Assembly (NCBI GenBank): GCA_041560255.1
Contig: JBFFBT010000001.1
Span: forward strand, 157 to 64,156
DNA from: Myxococcota bacterium
GTDB taxonomy: Bacteria; Myxococcota; B64-G9
Direction: 5' to 3'
Length of the DNA: 64,000 nucleotides
In this document: in pieces, positions 28,220-38,199 of the stretch
How positions within the stretch are numbered: the first letter of the stretch is position 1
How the letters are laid out: every line of letters starts with the position of its first letter
Made by a program: the position numbers and the translations under genes
The notes under the pieces: model-generated
The model's input: only the letters and a program-made list of their open reading frames with translations
Database searches by the model: none
Told to the model about the DNA's origin: nothing

Positions 28220-30619
28220 ATGAAAAGAGTTTTGCCGGTATTTCTGGCGGGGGTGTTGTCGACGGTTTTTTCTGCTTGCCCTGAGCATTCGAGCACCAGC
28301 TGTCCACTTGGATATTCGGAATGCGGCGATAAATGCGTGGATCTGGACACAGACGCAAAAAACTGCGGCGCCTGTAAAAAAGCTTGCGATACCAGCGAAG
28401 TATGTGTCACTTCGAGCTGTGAGCTGAACTGTCCTCCCGGACTGGAAAAGTGTGATGATTCTTGTGTCAACATACATTATGATCCCAAGCACTGTGGTGC
28501 TTGCAACAAAGCTTGTCAAATGGGCGAAGTGTGTCTGGAAGGATGTGTGGCTTTTTGCGCTCCCGGAGAAACCATTTGTGATGGAGCCTGTGTCAATCTC
28601 GACGATAACCCGAGCTACTGCGGTGACTGCGATACAACCTGTGGGGATGAGCAACTTTGTCGAGACGGAGGTTGTTTCGGATATCCCAACGGTTTTGCCG
28701 CCAAAGACGACTGGGGCGAGATCTGGGATGGGCTGCAACGATCGGCCAAGACCTGGGAAGAGGCCGATAAAACCTGCAAATCTTTGGGAGGCAGGTTGCC
28801 GACAGTGACCGAGCTGTATCGAAACAACGCCGCCACCGGCACCAGCAACATCGCGTCTCCCAGCGATGTCTCTACCTTGTGGACCCTGATCGTCTCGCAC
28901 GTGCAACAGCCAGGCCGGGTTTCTGTAAGCTTGAGCGACGGAAAAATCGAGTACCATCCGGAGTCGGATGCGCTGTCCTTTCGCTGTGTGTGGCCGGATA
29001 TCATCCGGGAGGAGTTTTCGGGCGACGCATGTTACGGCCCTCCGGGGGCCGAGTGTCGTCCCAATGGGTATTTTTGGAACGTGGATGCCTATGACAGACC
29101 GGCTCTGAGCTACCCCGCCGCACAACACGAATGTAACTTTTACTATGCGTCCATCCCCAGAGCGCGGGACTTACAAGAGATCGCCCAAAGAGGCATGGCC
29201 AACCCGACGAATCAGTGGCTTTGGACGTCGAGCGGCAAGTATTGGTACAGCGGTGGGTATGGTGTCGCGGTCGCCAAGGTACAATCCAACCCGCAACCCA
29301 ACTGGGATTATGATCACAACACGAGCAGCGGCAGCTACTCTTGGGGTCATGCTCAAAGAAACTTTCGATGTATTGGAAAAAAATCCAAAGAGATTGGAAA
29401 CCTCCCGTCCGATCCGGCCTGCCAGCATGATGCCTGTTTCACAATAACACAAAGAAGATCCCGCCTGATTGCGGACAACAAAGATCGCCCGGCTGCCGAT
29501 TGGGCCCAGGCGGCCGAGACCTGCCGGAAGCTGGGTGGATCGCTCCCGAGCTTTGACGAAATCGGAGATCTGATCCAAGCGGGCTGGGAAAACGGATCGG
29601 ATGCCTGGATGTGGGCCGGCCAGCCTGTGTATTGGTCTGATGGAACCAATGGTCATTATGGAACCTGGTTGTACAAATGGTCCGGCAAGGGCGGCCTCAA
29701 CTGGTTTCCCATCAATGGAAACGGCGCCTATTTTGCGGGCATCGCGGTAACCCCATCCGCTACCCAGCGAATCTACCGCTGTATATGGCACGAGACCTTT
29801 GAGGATGTATCAGACCCTGGCCAGTGCGGTCCGGGAGAAAACCGTGTGTTTGACGCGGACGGCTTTGCGTGCAAGGCGGTTGTCAAGGGTACTTCGTGCG
29901 ATACGAACGGAGCCAACTGCAAAGCCCATCCGGGAGGCAAGGAGTATCTCGATGCTTGGCATAACGCTTGGGACTTGAGTCATCGCGAGCAAAGGACATA
30001 TCTTGATGCCAAAAAAGTGTGCGAAAGCATCAACGGTCGTTTGCCGACCGCCTCCGAGCTGTCTCGGCTGGTGGCAGCGGAAAACCCGACGGACTATTTA
30101 TGGACCTTGGTGCCTTCTTACCAGGATGATCATCACATTGTGGTGCGACTGTCGGACGGAGGGATATCCGCCACCAACATCTCATCGGATACCAAACATT
30201 ACTTCAGATGTATCTGGCCGGCATCCAAGGGGGATGTCTTCAGCGGTTCCGCCTGTCACGGTGATGCCTTAGCGCCTTGTTTTCAAACCCTTTTGGGTCG
30301 CTACACCGTGGACCAGCAGGATCGCCTCCCGCTACCCAACGCCGCGGCAGCCTGGGAGTGTGCCTTTTACGGAGGTAGGCTTCCGGATATGGACGACTTT
30401 GCAAGCCTGGTGCACGCCGGTGCTCCAAATGGGTCGAACAATTGGCAATGGCTCTCGGTGCCTGCCTACTGGCATTCCGCAAATTGGGGTTTGTTTTTAG
30501 GTCGATGGGAGGGGAAGGGCCTAGAGACTTGGAAGTTTGACTATTCTGGTTGGGGTTCGCTGTGCCAGGAATCAGACAACAGAGCTTTCAGATGTATATA
30601 TTCTGATATGTTGGAGTAA
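28220..30619 (+). CDS. secreted lipoprotein with four myxo-type Cys-rich repeats followed by four C-type lectin-like domains
   Basis: Signal peptide plus lipobox (VFSAC). Repeats CGDKCVDLDTDAKNCGACKKAC and similar. Four copies of the CTLD signature W(E/A)xA...C...GGRLP(T/S)..EL....W......FRC(I/V)W. Confidence 0.7.
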   Translation: MKRVLPVFLAGVLSTVFSACPEHSSTSCPLGYSECGDKCVDLDTDAKNCGACKKACDTSEVCVTSSCELNCPPGLEKCDDSCVNIHYDPKHCGACNKACQMGEVCLEGCVAFCAPGETICDGACVNLDDNPSYCGDCDTTCGDEQLCRDGGCFGYPNGFAAKDDWGEIWDGLQRSAKTWEEADKTCKSLGGRLPTVTELYRNNAATGTSNIASPSDVSTLWTLIVSHVQQPGRVSVSLSDGKIEYHPESDALSFRCVWPDIIREEFSGDACYGPPGAECRPNGYFWNVDAYDRPALSYPAAQHECNFYYASIPRARDLQEIAQRGMANPTNQWLWTSSGKYWYSGGYGVAVAKVQSNPQPNWDYDHNTSSGSYSWGHAQRNFRCIGKKSKEIGNLPSDPACQHDACFTITQRRSRLIADNKDRPAADWAQAAETCRKLGGSLPSFDEIGDLIQAGWENGSDAWMWAGQPVYWSDGTNGHYGTWLYKWSGKGGLNWFPINGNGAYFAGIAVTPSATQRIYRCIWHETFEDVSDPGQCGPGENRVFDADGFACKAVVKGTSCDTNGANCKAHPGGKEYLDAWHNAWDLSHREQRTYLDAKKVCESINGRLPTASELSRLVAAENPTDYLWTLVPSYQDDHHIVVRLSDGGISATNISSDTKHYFRCIWPASKGDVFSGSACHGDALAPCFQTLLGRYTVDQQDRLPLPNAAAAWECAFYGGRLPDMDDFASLVHAGAPNGSNNWQWLSVPAYWHSANWGLFLGRWEGKGLETWKFDYSGWGSLCQESDNRAFRCIYSDMLE

Positions 30620-30723
30620 GGACTTCCTTCTCAAGATGCTTTCGCGTCGTTTTAATGGAGCATAAGATCAAAATCGTCATCCTGGAGATGTGTAGAACCA
30701 GGATCCAGTAATGATCAAACCGC

Positions 30724-31074
30724 TTAGAGAGAGTCGTATAAGTCGTTCCAGAGAGGATTGTTTTTTTCAATCAGAGCGATTTTCCAAGCACGTTTCCAAT
30801 GTTTGAGTTTATTCTCGCGAGCAATGGCATATGATGCGCTTTGGTGCAGTACAAAATACACCAATTTGTGTACAGCATATTTTTTGGTGAATCCATCAGC
30901 TGTACTGTTTCTGTGGTTCCAACATCGTTTGGCCAGATCGGAAGTTACGCCTATGGAAAGAAGCTTTTTCGCCTCATAAGCACCGACGCTGGAATATGTT
31001 CGTTGGAAAATGCAAAATGTGTTGTTGAGGCAGGCAAAGATTATTTGTTTTGCATCAAAAACGACCAGCCTCAT
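30724..31074 (-). CDS. GIY-YIG nuclease superfamily protein (N-terminus possibly disrupted)
   Basis: C-terminal two-thirds matches the small GIY-YIG family (IGVTSDLAKRCWNHRN ... KKYAVHKLVYF ... IARENKLKHWKRAWKIALIE). The N-terminal motif is degenerate and abuts the transposase fragment. Confidence 0.55.
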   Translation of the reverse strand: MRLVVFDAKQIIFACLNNTFCIFQRTYSSVGAYEAKKLLSIGVTSDLAKRCWNHRNSTADGFTKKYAVHKLVYFVLHQSASYAIARENKLKHWKRAWKIALIEKNNPLWNDLYDSL

Positions 31075-31231
31075 AGCCGAAGCAAAGCGCATTCTTGAAA
31101 ACAAGCAAGAAGTGTTGGCTGAGACTGTAGACATCGTAGGCAAATACCAGGTAATTCGACGTCTGTACCTGACCGAAGTAATGGCAAATTATTTACTCGC
31201 CAGTTGCATAAAATGCCGTCATCCTGGATAG
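30841..31231 (+). pseudogene. frameshifted fragment of an ISAs1/IS4-like (H-repeat type) DDE transposase
   Basis: LISTDAGICSLENAKCVVEAGKDYLFCIKNDQP resembles the ...DAMGCQ...I....G.DYLLALKGNQ region of ISAs1-family transposases. Only about 60 aa survive, continuing in another frame (31010-31231). Confidence 0.45.
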
Positions 31232-31565
31232 ATTCTATCCAGGATCCATTGTTAAAATTATAGATTCTGGCTTAAAGCATGCAAGAATGACATTGTTTCC
31301 AAAAGCCACAAAAAGTTAAATCCCGGCTCAATCAAATATATGCACACAGTTTGTTGTAGTCAGCTAATTTCGTGCGCCCTCAATACGTCGTTATATGCAA
31401 CGTTGGGGTATACTCAATACAACAGGGTAAAAATTGGATCTTGTGTCAGAAATACCTTCGAACAATCCAATACCCATATAGAAGGCCTATGAACCCCAAC
31501 CTGGTTGTACGATAGGGATTTTGGTGGGTGGGGCCCCATACTTCAGGAATGACGAGGAGGTTGCC

Positions 31566-33404
31566 ATGGAATACATTTTCAAAAGCATGTTGTGTGGACG
31601 CCTATGTGGTGATTGTTTGGAGCCATTATCGCAAGTGGATGTGCTTTTGTACCGGGTTCGAGACAAGAGACGGGTGGCCGCTTTGGCGACGGCGAATCCG
31701 AAAGAAACTTTTGCCATATTGGACGACAAGGCCGTCAAGGCCAAAGCCGATGCCTTGTTGGCGCAAGCCCGCACAGACGATTCGGGGCGCTGTGAGCTTG
31801 TACTGGGTGAGAACCCTAAATACGAGGGGGAGGCTTTTGAGGTGGATGTGCGGTTGAGCCGGATTGCGGGAGTTGCGAATGATGAGAAAAATTCTTTCAA
31901 ACCGGTTCAGTTTACATTGACCACCCTCCAGCCCCAATGGCGGCAAACCAACCATGGATGGGCGGCGGCCTGGAAGTATTGCCTGCCGCAACGTTTTTGG
32001 TGTGCCATACGGGCTCTTTTCGACGCTTGGGTCATATGTGGAAGGATTGTGGATTGCGAAACCCAGGCGCCGGTTCCGGGGGTGAAAGTCACGGCGTATG
32101 ACGCCGATTGGATTCAGGATGATGTCCTAGGCTCGGCGATGACAGACGGCAACGGGTATTTCAGGATCAATTACCAATCGATCGATTTTCGACAAACGCC
32201 TTTATCTCCTCCGATCTTTTGGGAAATGGTTGGTGGACCGGATGTGTATTTCAAGATCGAGACACTGGGCGGCACGGTCTTGCTGGAAGAACCGCGTTCG
32301 CGAGGACGTCAGGGCGACAGAGAAAACATCGGTCATTGTTTTTGTGTAGGCCTATGCGTCAAAGACGTGGTGGATATATATGAGCAACCACAATTTACGC
32401 ATGTTGGCGATTTCAACATCTCGGCAGACATCGATCCGATCAGTGGACTCACCAACAAGTCCAAAGCCGGCCATGGTGGACCAAATTACGGATTTTTTCA
32501 TTCGCTCAAGCTTCGAGGTTATTGCCCCAAGACATTACCTGCAGATCCTACCAAGCCCATGCATTATCGCTTCTTGTATATCGATCCGGATACCGCTATC
32601 GAAACACCGGTGACCGGAAACCTGGTAGGCGAGGTTGTCTTGGGCGCCAGGATCGTTCCTTGGGATCAATTCGGAGTGGGGGTACAACCGACCTACCAAG
32701 ACATCATCATCAAGGGCACCGGTGCGGTTTCTCCCGCAGACAGTAATCCGACTCCACCGGTCGTACCTCCGGGAACCCCCTGGGGACCAGTCCCTCCCCA
32801 TATTCTCGTGCCTGACATCCAGGGATGGGTCCGGGTCGATCAAAAAGCCTTGGATGGAGGATTTTACGGGTCGCTGCTTCGGATCGTAACCAACAAGATT
32901 TCTTCCTTGATAGGTGGAAACGCACCGGTTCCGGGCGCGGGAAACAATCCGGCCGGGGTTGCGGTAAACGGCAAGATCTTGACCCTGATATATGAGACTG
33001 CAACGGATCCATCCGATCCGACGACCCATAACCGTCAAATGTTACAGGCCAGATTGTTGGTCAACAACTGGATCGAGGTGAGAGAATTAGGGATACAACA
33101 ATTTATCAGCGGCAGCTCGGGCAGTTGCACGCCTTTGTCCACTGACTTGGATATTTTGCACACTGCCGATCATCAATTGTTACATAGTTGGAGCATGAGC
33201 ATCACCAGCGCTGCCGGCATCCCCGGCGGTGCGCCTGTGTTGCCCGGTGGATCGGGTCCCAGAGGTGGGTTCGGCGTCCATCATCTGGATATCTCGAGTT
33301 GGCCGAGTTGTTCCTATCAGTTGCGCCTGCACACACGCCGGGCACTTACCGATGGTGAAATCGATGATGACACGAATGACACTCTGATCACATTTTGTCT
33401 GTAA
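31566..33404 (+). CDS. large hypothetical protein with a carboxypeptidase-regulatory-like (transthyretin-fold) domain
   Basis: Strong SD GACGAGGAGG before the ATG at 31566. Segment GRIVDCETQAPVPGVKVTAYDADW...TDGNGYFRI fits the CarbopepD_reg-like pattern. The rest is Gly/Pro-rich with no recognised family. Confidence 0.5.
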   Translation: MEYIFKSMLCGRLCGDCLEPLSQVDVLLYRVRDKRRVAALATANPKETFAILDDKAVKAKADALLAQARTDDSGRCELVLGENPKYEGEAFEVDVRLSRIAGVANDEKNSFKPVQFTLTTLQPQWRQTNHGWAAAWKYCLPQRFWCAIRALFDAWVICGRIVDCETQAPVPGVKVTAYDADWIQDDVLGSAMTDGNGYFRINYQSIDFRQTPLSPPIFWEMVGGPDVYFKIETLGGTVLLEEPRSRGRQGDRENIGHCFCVGLCVKDVVDIYEQPQFTHVGDFNISADIDPISGLTNKSKAGHGGPNYGFFHSLKLRGYCPKTLPADPTKPMHYRFLYIDPDTAIETPVTGNLVGEVVLGARIVPWDQFGVGVQPTYQDIIIKGTGAVSPADSNPTPPVVPPGTPWGPVPPHILVPDIQGWVRVDQKALDGGFYGSLLRIVTNKISSLIGGNAPVPGAGNNPAGVAVNGKILTLIYETATDPSDPTTHNRQMLQARLLVNNWIEVRELGIQQFISGSSGSCTPLSTDLDILHTADHQLLHSWSMSITSAAGIPGGAPVLPGGSGPRGGFGVHHLDISSWPSCSYQLRLHTRRALTDGEIDDDTNDTLITFCL

Positions 33405-33581
33405 GCTCGAGAGAGATTTTCTTACTTGTCTCCAATGCCTCTACATCGTGGCTCATGCAGTCGTGTGCGAACTGAAAATCGAGTAAATATGAGCTTGTCC
33501 CCCGTGCGCGCGAAGCGCAGGTGGTTTCGAGAGTCTTCCAATCAGATCCATCGGATTTCTCCCACATGCATCTATCTCGGA

Positions 33582-36443
33582 TCAATTTCTGAGTTGCTCG
33601 ATCTGGTTTTGGATTTTGATGGTCCAGTCGGTTTGACCGGTCGAGCCTGCCAAGCGCAGAGCTTTTTCAAAATGCATGCCGGCTTTGGAACGATCGCCCT
33701 GGACCATCAATGCCCGGGCCAGATTGTAATGGGCGAGCATGGCCTCGGGCGCCAGTTGGACTGCTTGGGTCAGGTGAAAAACAGCCCTGTCGGTTTGTTG
33801 TTTTTCAAGTTGGATGACTCCCAGGTTGATGTGTGCGTCGATGTTGTCCGGATCGAGCTGGATGGTTTTTTCGAAATAGTCCAGGGCTTCATCGAGTTTT
33901 CCCCGGCCGGCTAGGACAAATCCCATCTGAAGGTTGATCTCGGGATCCCAGTCGTTCCATGAGAGGGCTTGGGAGAGCAGGGTTATGTCTTTTGTGGTGA
34001 CGGAACGCTGGAACAAATAGGTCGCCATGATCTCGCCCAAGTTGTGTTTTCGAATTTCCTCGGCTTTGTTCAGGTCGTTCTCATCGATTTCTTGGAGGCT
34101 GCCGGCTTGCAAGGGGCTCAAGTGCCGATGGATGATTGCCAGGATGTCTTGAGGAGATCGGATTTGTTGGTGTCTTGCGGTGGCATACTCGAGGGATGGA
34201 AGCGTATCGGTGTAGATGGTTGCCCCGCGTGTCATCTCGGCAAGCTTTTGACTGTTGCTCAAGAAACCGGCTAGGACGACATGGGGTTGGTTGAGCCAAA
34301 ACCTCGGCCCGCCCCAGTATGCGTACTTCAGATCTTCGAAAACGGCTCGGTTTTCATCCAGCAGTCCGAGCCGGTTTTTTGTCAAAACGGGTTCCCGATC
34401 GACCGATCCCATCAACAAAAGCTCGTAGGTGTTATAATACAACACGCTTTTTGGAAATACCTCGAGAAAGCTCGCGATGACGTTTTGAAATTGTTGGGGA
34501 TCGAGAAATCCGATGGGTACAAATTGCGCAACCATACCGGCCGGGGCGAGCTTGGTTCGGATGTTTCGATAAAAATCTATGGTGTAGAAAGAACTCAAGC
34601 CGGGTCTGAACACCTGGCCGACCTCGATAGATATGATGTCGTAGGTTTTGTCGGTGTGGCTGAGGTAATTTCGGCCGTCTTCGATGATGAAGTGCGCCCT
34701 CGGATCTTGCATCCATCTGGAATCAAAATGTCTTTCGAGCAAAACCAGCAACTCCCGTTCAATCTCGATGCAGTCCAATCTCTCGATGGGATAGAGTAGA
34801 AACCGGCTGGCGGTCTGTCCGACTCCCAAACCCACCACCGCGATATTCTTGGGATTGGAATGCAAAAGCATGGGAATATGGGCCGCCATGATTTGGTGGC
34901 TCTTGCGATCCTGTCCTTGCCAGAGTCGATCGATTTTGAGTAATGTTTGGTTGCCGGCGCGTACCACCGCGAGGTGGGAGCGCAGGCCTTCACGAAATTC
35001 GACCAGATTTCCTTCTGCGGCCAGATAATCTTTGGGAAGTTGGGTATCCAGGATCGAAGGTATGAAATACCAACACAACGCACATGCCGCCAGGACCGGG
35101 ATCTTTCGTATCAATCGGGTGTCTCGATCCAACCACAACCAGGCGATGGCGCCTATGGCGACGCTCATGCCGGTGGAGAGCAACAAGGATGCCTGCAGGC
35201 CCAGTCCCGGAACCACCAAAAAGCCCAAAAGGAGCGAGCCGAGGATGCCGCCCAGAGTGTTGATGGCGGTCATTTTTCCGACCTGGACTCCGGCGAGCTT
35301 GGGAGTATCCAAAACCATGCGGATGGCCAGTGGATAGGACATGCCGGAAAGCAGCGAGGGTACCAATAAAACAGCGAGAAATATCTTGATTTGACTTGCG
35401 GCCTGTTGGGTGTCGGTAAGATCTTTCCAACTGTCGGCCGGCAGAAGCAAGACAATTAATATGCTCATCCCGGTCAGAAGGTGCACGGAGCCGAACAACA
35501 GTGCCCGCCGTCGGGTGCGATCTGTAAATATAGCCGCTATCAAACTGCCTACAACGATGCCGATGAGTGTAATGGCCAGGGTCAATGTGTAGGTAAAAAC
35601 CGTGTTATGGATGATAAGGGAAAAAAACCGGGTCCAAATGATTTCGTTGCCCAAAGCCACAAATCCAGATAGAAAAAACAATATCCCGACCAAAAAAATC
35701 CGGGTGTGCTGATGCCTTTGGTCGAGCCGATCGAGTTGCTTTTTCAGGTGGATCTTTGGGGATGGATTTTCCGATATTGTTGGTGTCCGCAGGTTGGTTT
35801 GGATCCGAAGAACAGCCAGACCGATCAATATATTTACGGCTCCACCCAACCAAATGGTTTGATCGACTCCGATGGTCGGTATCAAAAAATAACCACAAAA
35901 CAGACAGCCGATCGCAGCGCCGAATGTATTGATGCCGTAAAGTAGGCCCACGGAAAATGTGATTTTGGATTCCTGTCTCACGTATTGTTTGCAAAACAAA
36001 GGTAAGGTGCCTCCCATCAGCAGACAAGGCGGCAGGAGCAATCCGGCCACAATCACCAGGCGGCCGATCGAAAGCAGCTCGAAGTGGTTTTCGAGCCAGG
36101 GATAAAATAAACCAAACAGACCTTCGCCCAAATCGAAACCGATTGGGTTTACCAAGGCCAAGCCGCCCACCAAGATCTCCAACCACGCATAGACTTTGAG
36201 AGGGCGGGTGATTTTTTGGGAGTAGTTGCCGAAAATATAGCTGCCGAGGGCCAGTCCGCCGAAAAAGACCGCCAACACGGTGCTGATGGCTAATGTGGTC
36301 GATCCCAAGGATACCGAAGCTTTACGGATCCAGCAGATCTCGTAAACCAGCCCGACGAAACCAGAGAGAAAAAAACAGCAAACAGCCAATATATCTTGTT
36401 TTTTTAGAATGTTAAGCATGGGATTGGGGGTTGATTTCGACAT
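33582..36443 (-). CDS. polytopic membrane protein fused to spermidine/spermine synthase-like domain and C-terminal TPR repeats
   Basis: About 12 N-terminal TM helices, a central aminopropyltransferase-like fold (VVGLGVGQTASRF ... DIISIEV), and C-terminal TPRs (AHINLGVIQLEKQQTDRAVFHLTQAVQL). Confidence 0.65.
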   Translation of the reverse strand: MSKSTPNPMLNILKKQDILAVCCFFLSGFVGLVYEICWIRKASVSLGSTTLAISTVLAVFFGGLALGSYIFGNYSQKITRPLKVYAWLEILVGGLALVNPIGFDLGEGLFGLFYPWLENHFELLSIGRLVIVAGLLLPPCLLMGGTLPLFCKQYVRQESKITFSVGLLYGINTFGAAIGCLFCGYFLIPTIGVDQTIWLGGAVNILIGLAVLRIQTNLRTPTISENPSPKIHLKKQLDRLDQRHQHTRIFLVGILFFLSGFVALGNEIIWTRFFSLIIHNTVFTYTLTLAITLIGIVVGSLIAAIFTDRTRRRALLFGSVHLLTGMSILIVLLLPADSWKDLTDTQQAASQIKIFLAVLLVPSLLSGMSYPLAIRMVLDTPKLAGVQVGKMTAINTLGGILGSLLLGFLVVPGLGLQASLLLSTGMSVAIGAIAWLWLDRDTRLIRKIPVLAACALCWYFIPSILDTQLPKDYLAAEGNLVEFREGLRSHLAVVRAGNQTLLKIDRLWQGQDRKSHQIMAAHIPMLLHSNPKNIAVVGLGVGQTASRFLLYPIERLDCIEIERELLVLLERHFDSRWMQDPRAHFIIEDGRNYLSHTDKTYDIISIEVGQVFRPGLSSFYTIDFYRNIRTKLAPAGMVAQFVPIGFLDPQQFQNVIASFLEVFPKSVLYYNTYELLLMGSVDREPVLTKNRLGLLDENRAVFEDLKYAYWGGPRFWLNQPHVVLAGFLSNSQKLAEMTRGATIYTDTLPSLEYATARHQQIRSPQDILAIIHRHLSPLQAGSLQEIDENDLNKAEEIRKHNLGEIMATYLFQRSVTTKDITLLSQALSWNDWDPEINLQMGFVLAGRGKLDEALDYFEKTIQLDPDNIDAHINLGVIQLEKQQTDRAVFHLTQAVQLAPEAMLAHYNLARALMVQGDRSKAGMHFEKALRLAGSTGQTDWTIKIQNQIEQLRN

Positions 36444-36563
36444 GGGGCCATATCCTACGATCTGGATGAATAAAAATCCATACGAATATGGCGACTACCC
36501 CCGGTATCATGAAAAAGTCGCTCGATACGAAAATCGGTTTGTCTTTGCGATCTGGCCTGAAAA

Positions 36564-37988
36564 TCAACGGATCCGATCTCTTTTATCTTTGTAGTGCTCG
36601 GGATACAGTTGGGATGCGCATTGCGGGCAGAGCGTATGGGTGAAGGTGGCCTTCGAGTGGTTTTGGATGTATTTTTCCACTTGTTCCCAGTTGCCTTTTT
36701 CGTCACGAATCTTGAAACATTGCGCGCAAATGGGTAGCAGACCCTGCAGGGTTTTGATATTGGCTAAGGCTTCTTGGAGCCTATCGATGAGGCTTCTGCG
36801 TTCATGTTCTCTGCGCAGGCGCTTGGAAATATCGTAACCGATGGAAAGCAGTCCGATGGTGTTTCCATCGGTATCCTTGAGGGCTTTTTCCCACCATTCG
36901 ATGTGCAGCTTGCGTCCGTCTTTACATCGGATCTCGTTGACATTGCCTTGATTTTGGATGTTCGACAATGCGTTTGTGAATCTTGTTATGACCTTCAAGG
37001 TGTCTTGGTGAGGTAGAAATGTATCGAACCAATTTCGGCCGATGATTTCATCGGCTCGGTATCCGGTTAGGTTTTCGAAAAACGGATTCACTTTGATGAT
37101 TCGGCCGATCTTATCCAATACCAAGATGATGGTTTGGGCGGTTTCTATAATGCCGTCTGCAAAATCTTTTTGTCTTTTGTAAGACTGCTCGCTGGATTTC
37201 AGTTCGCGCAGCAACAAGCCGTAAGGCTTTTCGAGCGCCGTGGTAACAATGGCTTTGTAGAGAAAGTAAAACGACAGTATCTTCAATCCGTGACCGATGT
37301 AATTGACCGGATCGAATACCGATACGTACAGAGTTACGGCAAACTCGGAGAAGATGGTCATGGTTATCGACAGGATCAACCATTTTTGTACATCTTTTTC
37401 AAACAACGTGGGTTTCTTTCCAAGGGCGAAGATCGAATACAGCAACAAAGCACAAATACAATACTCGGTCAGTCTCTTGAAAGTGGTGATACCGGATGTG
37501 GGGTTATAGGCTTCGGGAAAAATTTCAAACGGCCAAACCATGAAACCCAGAAACCCGGACAAGATCAAGTAGGCCGAAAACAAAAGTGTGACGTTGATTT
37601 TCCGTCCGGCCAGAAGGGCGGCAGTGAAAAACGTGAGGCCTTCCAGCGCGCGCGCAAGCAGCCAAAACTGGATGGATTGATTGAATTCGAGCTCTCCTTT
37701 AAAAGGGCTCATGTCTTTATGCGACAGGGTGTGTAAAAGATCGAAGACCGCGATAAAAAGACAAGCAATGCCGATTTGCTTGAGAAAATGATTTTCAATG
37801 AACTTTCGAGTGTTCCACACTATGACGAATATGCTGCATGCTACAATGATCGAGAAGAACTCTGCGATGGTATGAAGCAGGAAGTGATTGTCGGCTGCAA
37901 AGATCAGCAGGATGGATGCAGTCAACAAGCCTGCCAGCAGAGGAAAATACCTGCCGGATTGATCCAAGCTTTTCATTCGGGCCCCCAT
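36564..37988 (-). CDS. 7TM-receptor / PAS sensor protein with Cys-rich C-terminal LPICAxC...CPxC module (no kinase or cyclase output domain)
   Basis: N-terminal about 7 TM helices, a PAS domain (ILVLDKIGRIIKVNPFFENLTGYRADEIIGRNWFDTF), and a conserved C-terminal GLLPICAQCFKIRDEKGNWEQVEKYIQNH....HTLCPQC. Confidence 0.6.
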   Translation of the reverse strand: MGARMKSLDQSGRYFPLLAGLLTASILLIFAADNHFLLHTIAEFFSIIVACSIFVIVWNTRKFIENHFLKQIGIACLFIAVFDLLHTLSHKDMSPFKGELEFNQSIQFWLLARALEGLTFFTAALLAGRKINVTLLFSAYLILSGFLGFMVWPFEIFPEAYNPTSGITTFKRLTEYCICALLLYSIFALGKKPTLFEKDVQKWLILSITMTIFSEFAVTLYVSVFDPVNYIGHGLKILSFYFLYKAIVTTALEKPYGLLLRELKSSEQSYKRQKDFADGIIETAQTIILVLDKIGRIIKVNPFFENLTGYRADEIIGRNWFDTFLPHQDTLKVITRFTNALSNIQNQGNVNEIRCKDGRKLHIEWWEKALKDTDGNTIGLLSIGYDISKRLRREHERRSLIDRLQEALANIKTLQGLLPICAQCFKIRDEKGNWEQVEKYIQNHSKATFTHTLCPQCASQLYPEHYKDKRDRIR

Positions 37989-38199
37989 GACATCGGGTTG
38001 CTTTCCCCCCCGGTCCGAAGCATTGGTCGTATATGCGGTCTGCCGGCCATGTTTTGTTCGATCGATGCGGTGTATTAAGAAAAAAACCGCTCGACCGACA
38101 GGACATCGCGCCAGCTCAACCCCCGTGTTTTAACTGACCGTGCTTACCAGTGTAACTAGAAATCTTAGAAAAAGCAACTTGTTGGGGCGAAAAACGATC

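Larger units (their letters stand above)
30670..31248. mobile_element. small mobile-element scar: 38-bp direct repeats (30670-30707, 31210-31248) bracketing a GIY-YIG nuclease gene and an ISAs1/IS4-like transposase fragment
   Basis: Both repeats read AAAAT(C/GC)GTCATCCTGGA-N13/12-CCAGGATCCA, each with an internal ATCCTGG/CCAGGAT palindrome. The second (31224-31248) contains a perfect 12-1-12 palindrome. Confidence 0.5.

Noticed and set aside
30724-31143. Full 139-aa minus-strand ORF as the GIY-YIG gene
   Set aside because: Its N-terminal 20-25 codons are the reverse strand of the transposase-like fragment and are not GIY-YIG-like, so the gene was trimmed to about 30724..31074 and flagged as possibly truncated.
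31250-31520. Possible tRNA or small RNA in the 270-bp non-coding stretch after the mobile scar, and elsewhere (e.g. 54245-54525)
   Set aside because: No T-loop consensus (GGTTCGAATCC-like) or cloverleaf-compatible repeats were seen by eye. A tRNAscan/Infernal run would be needed to exclude this.
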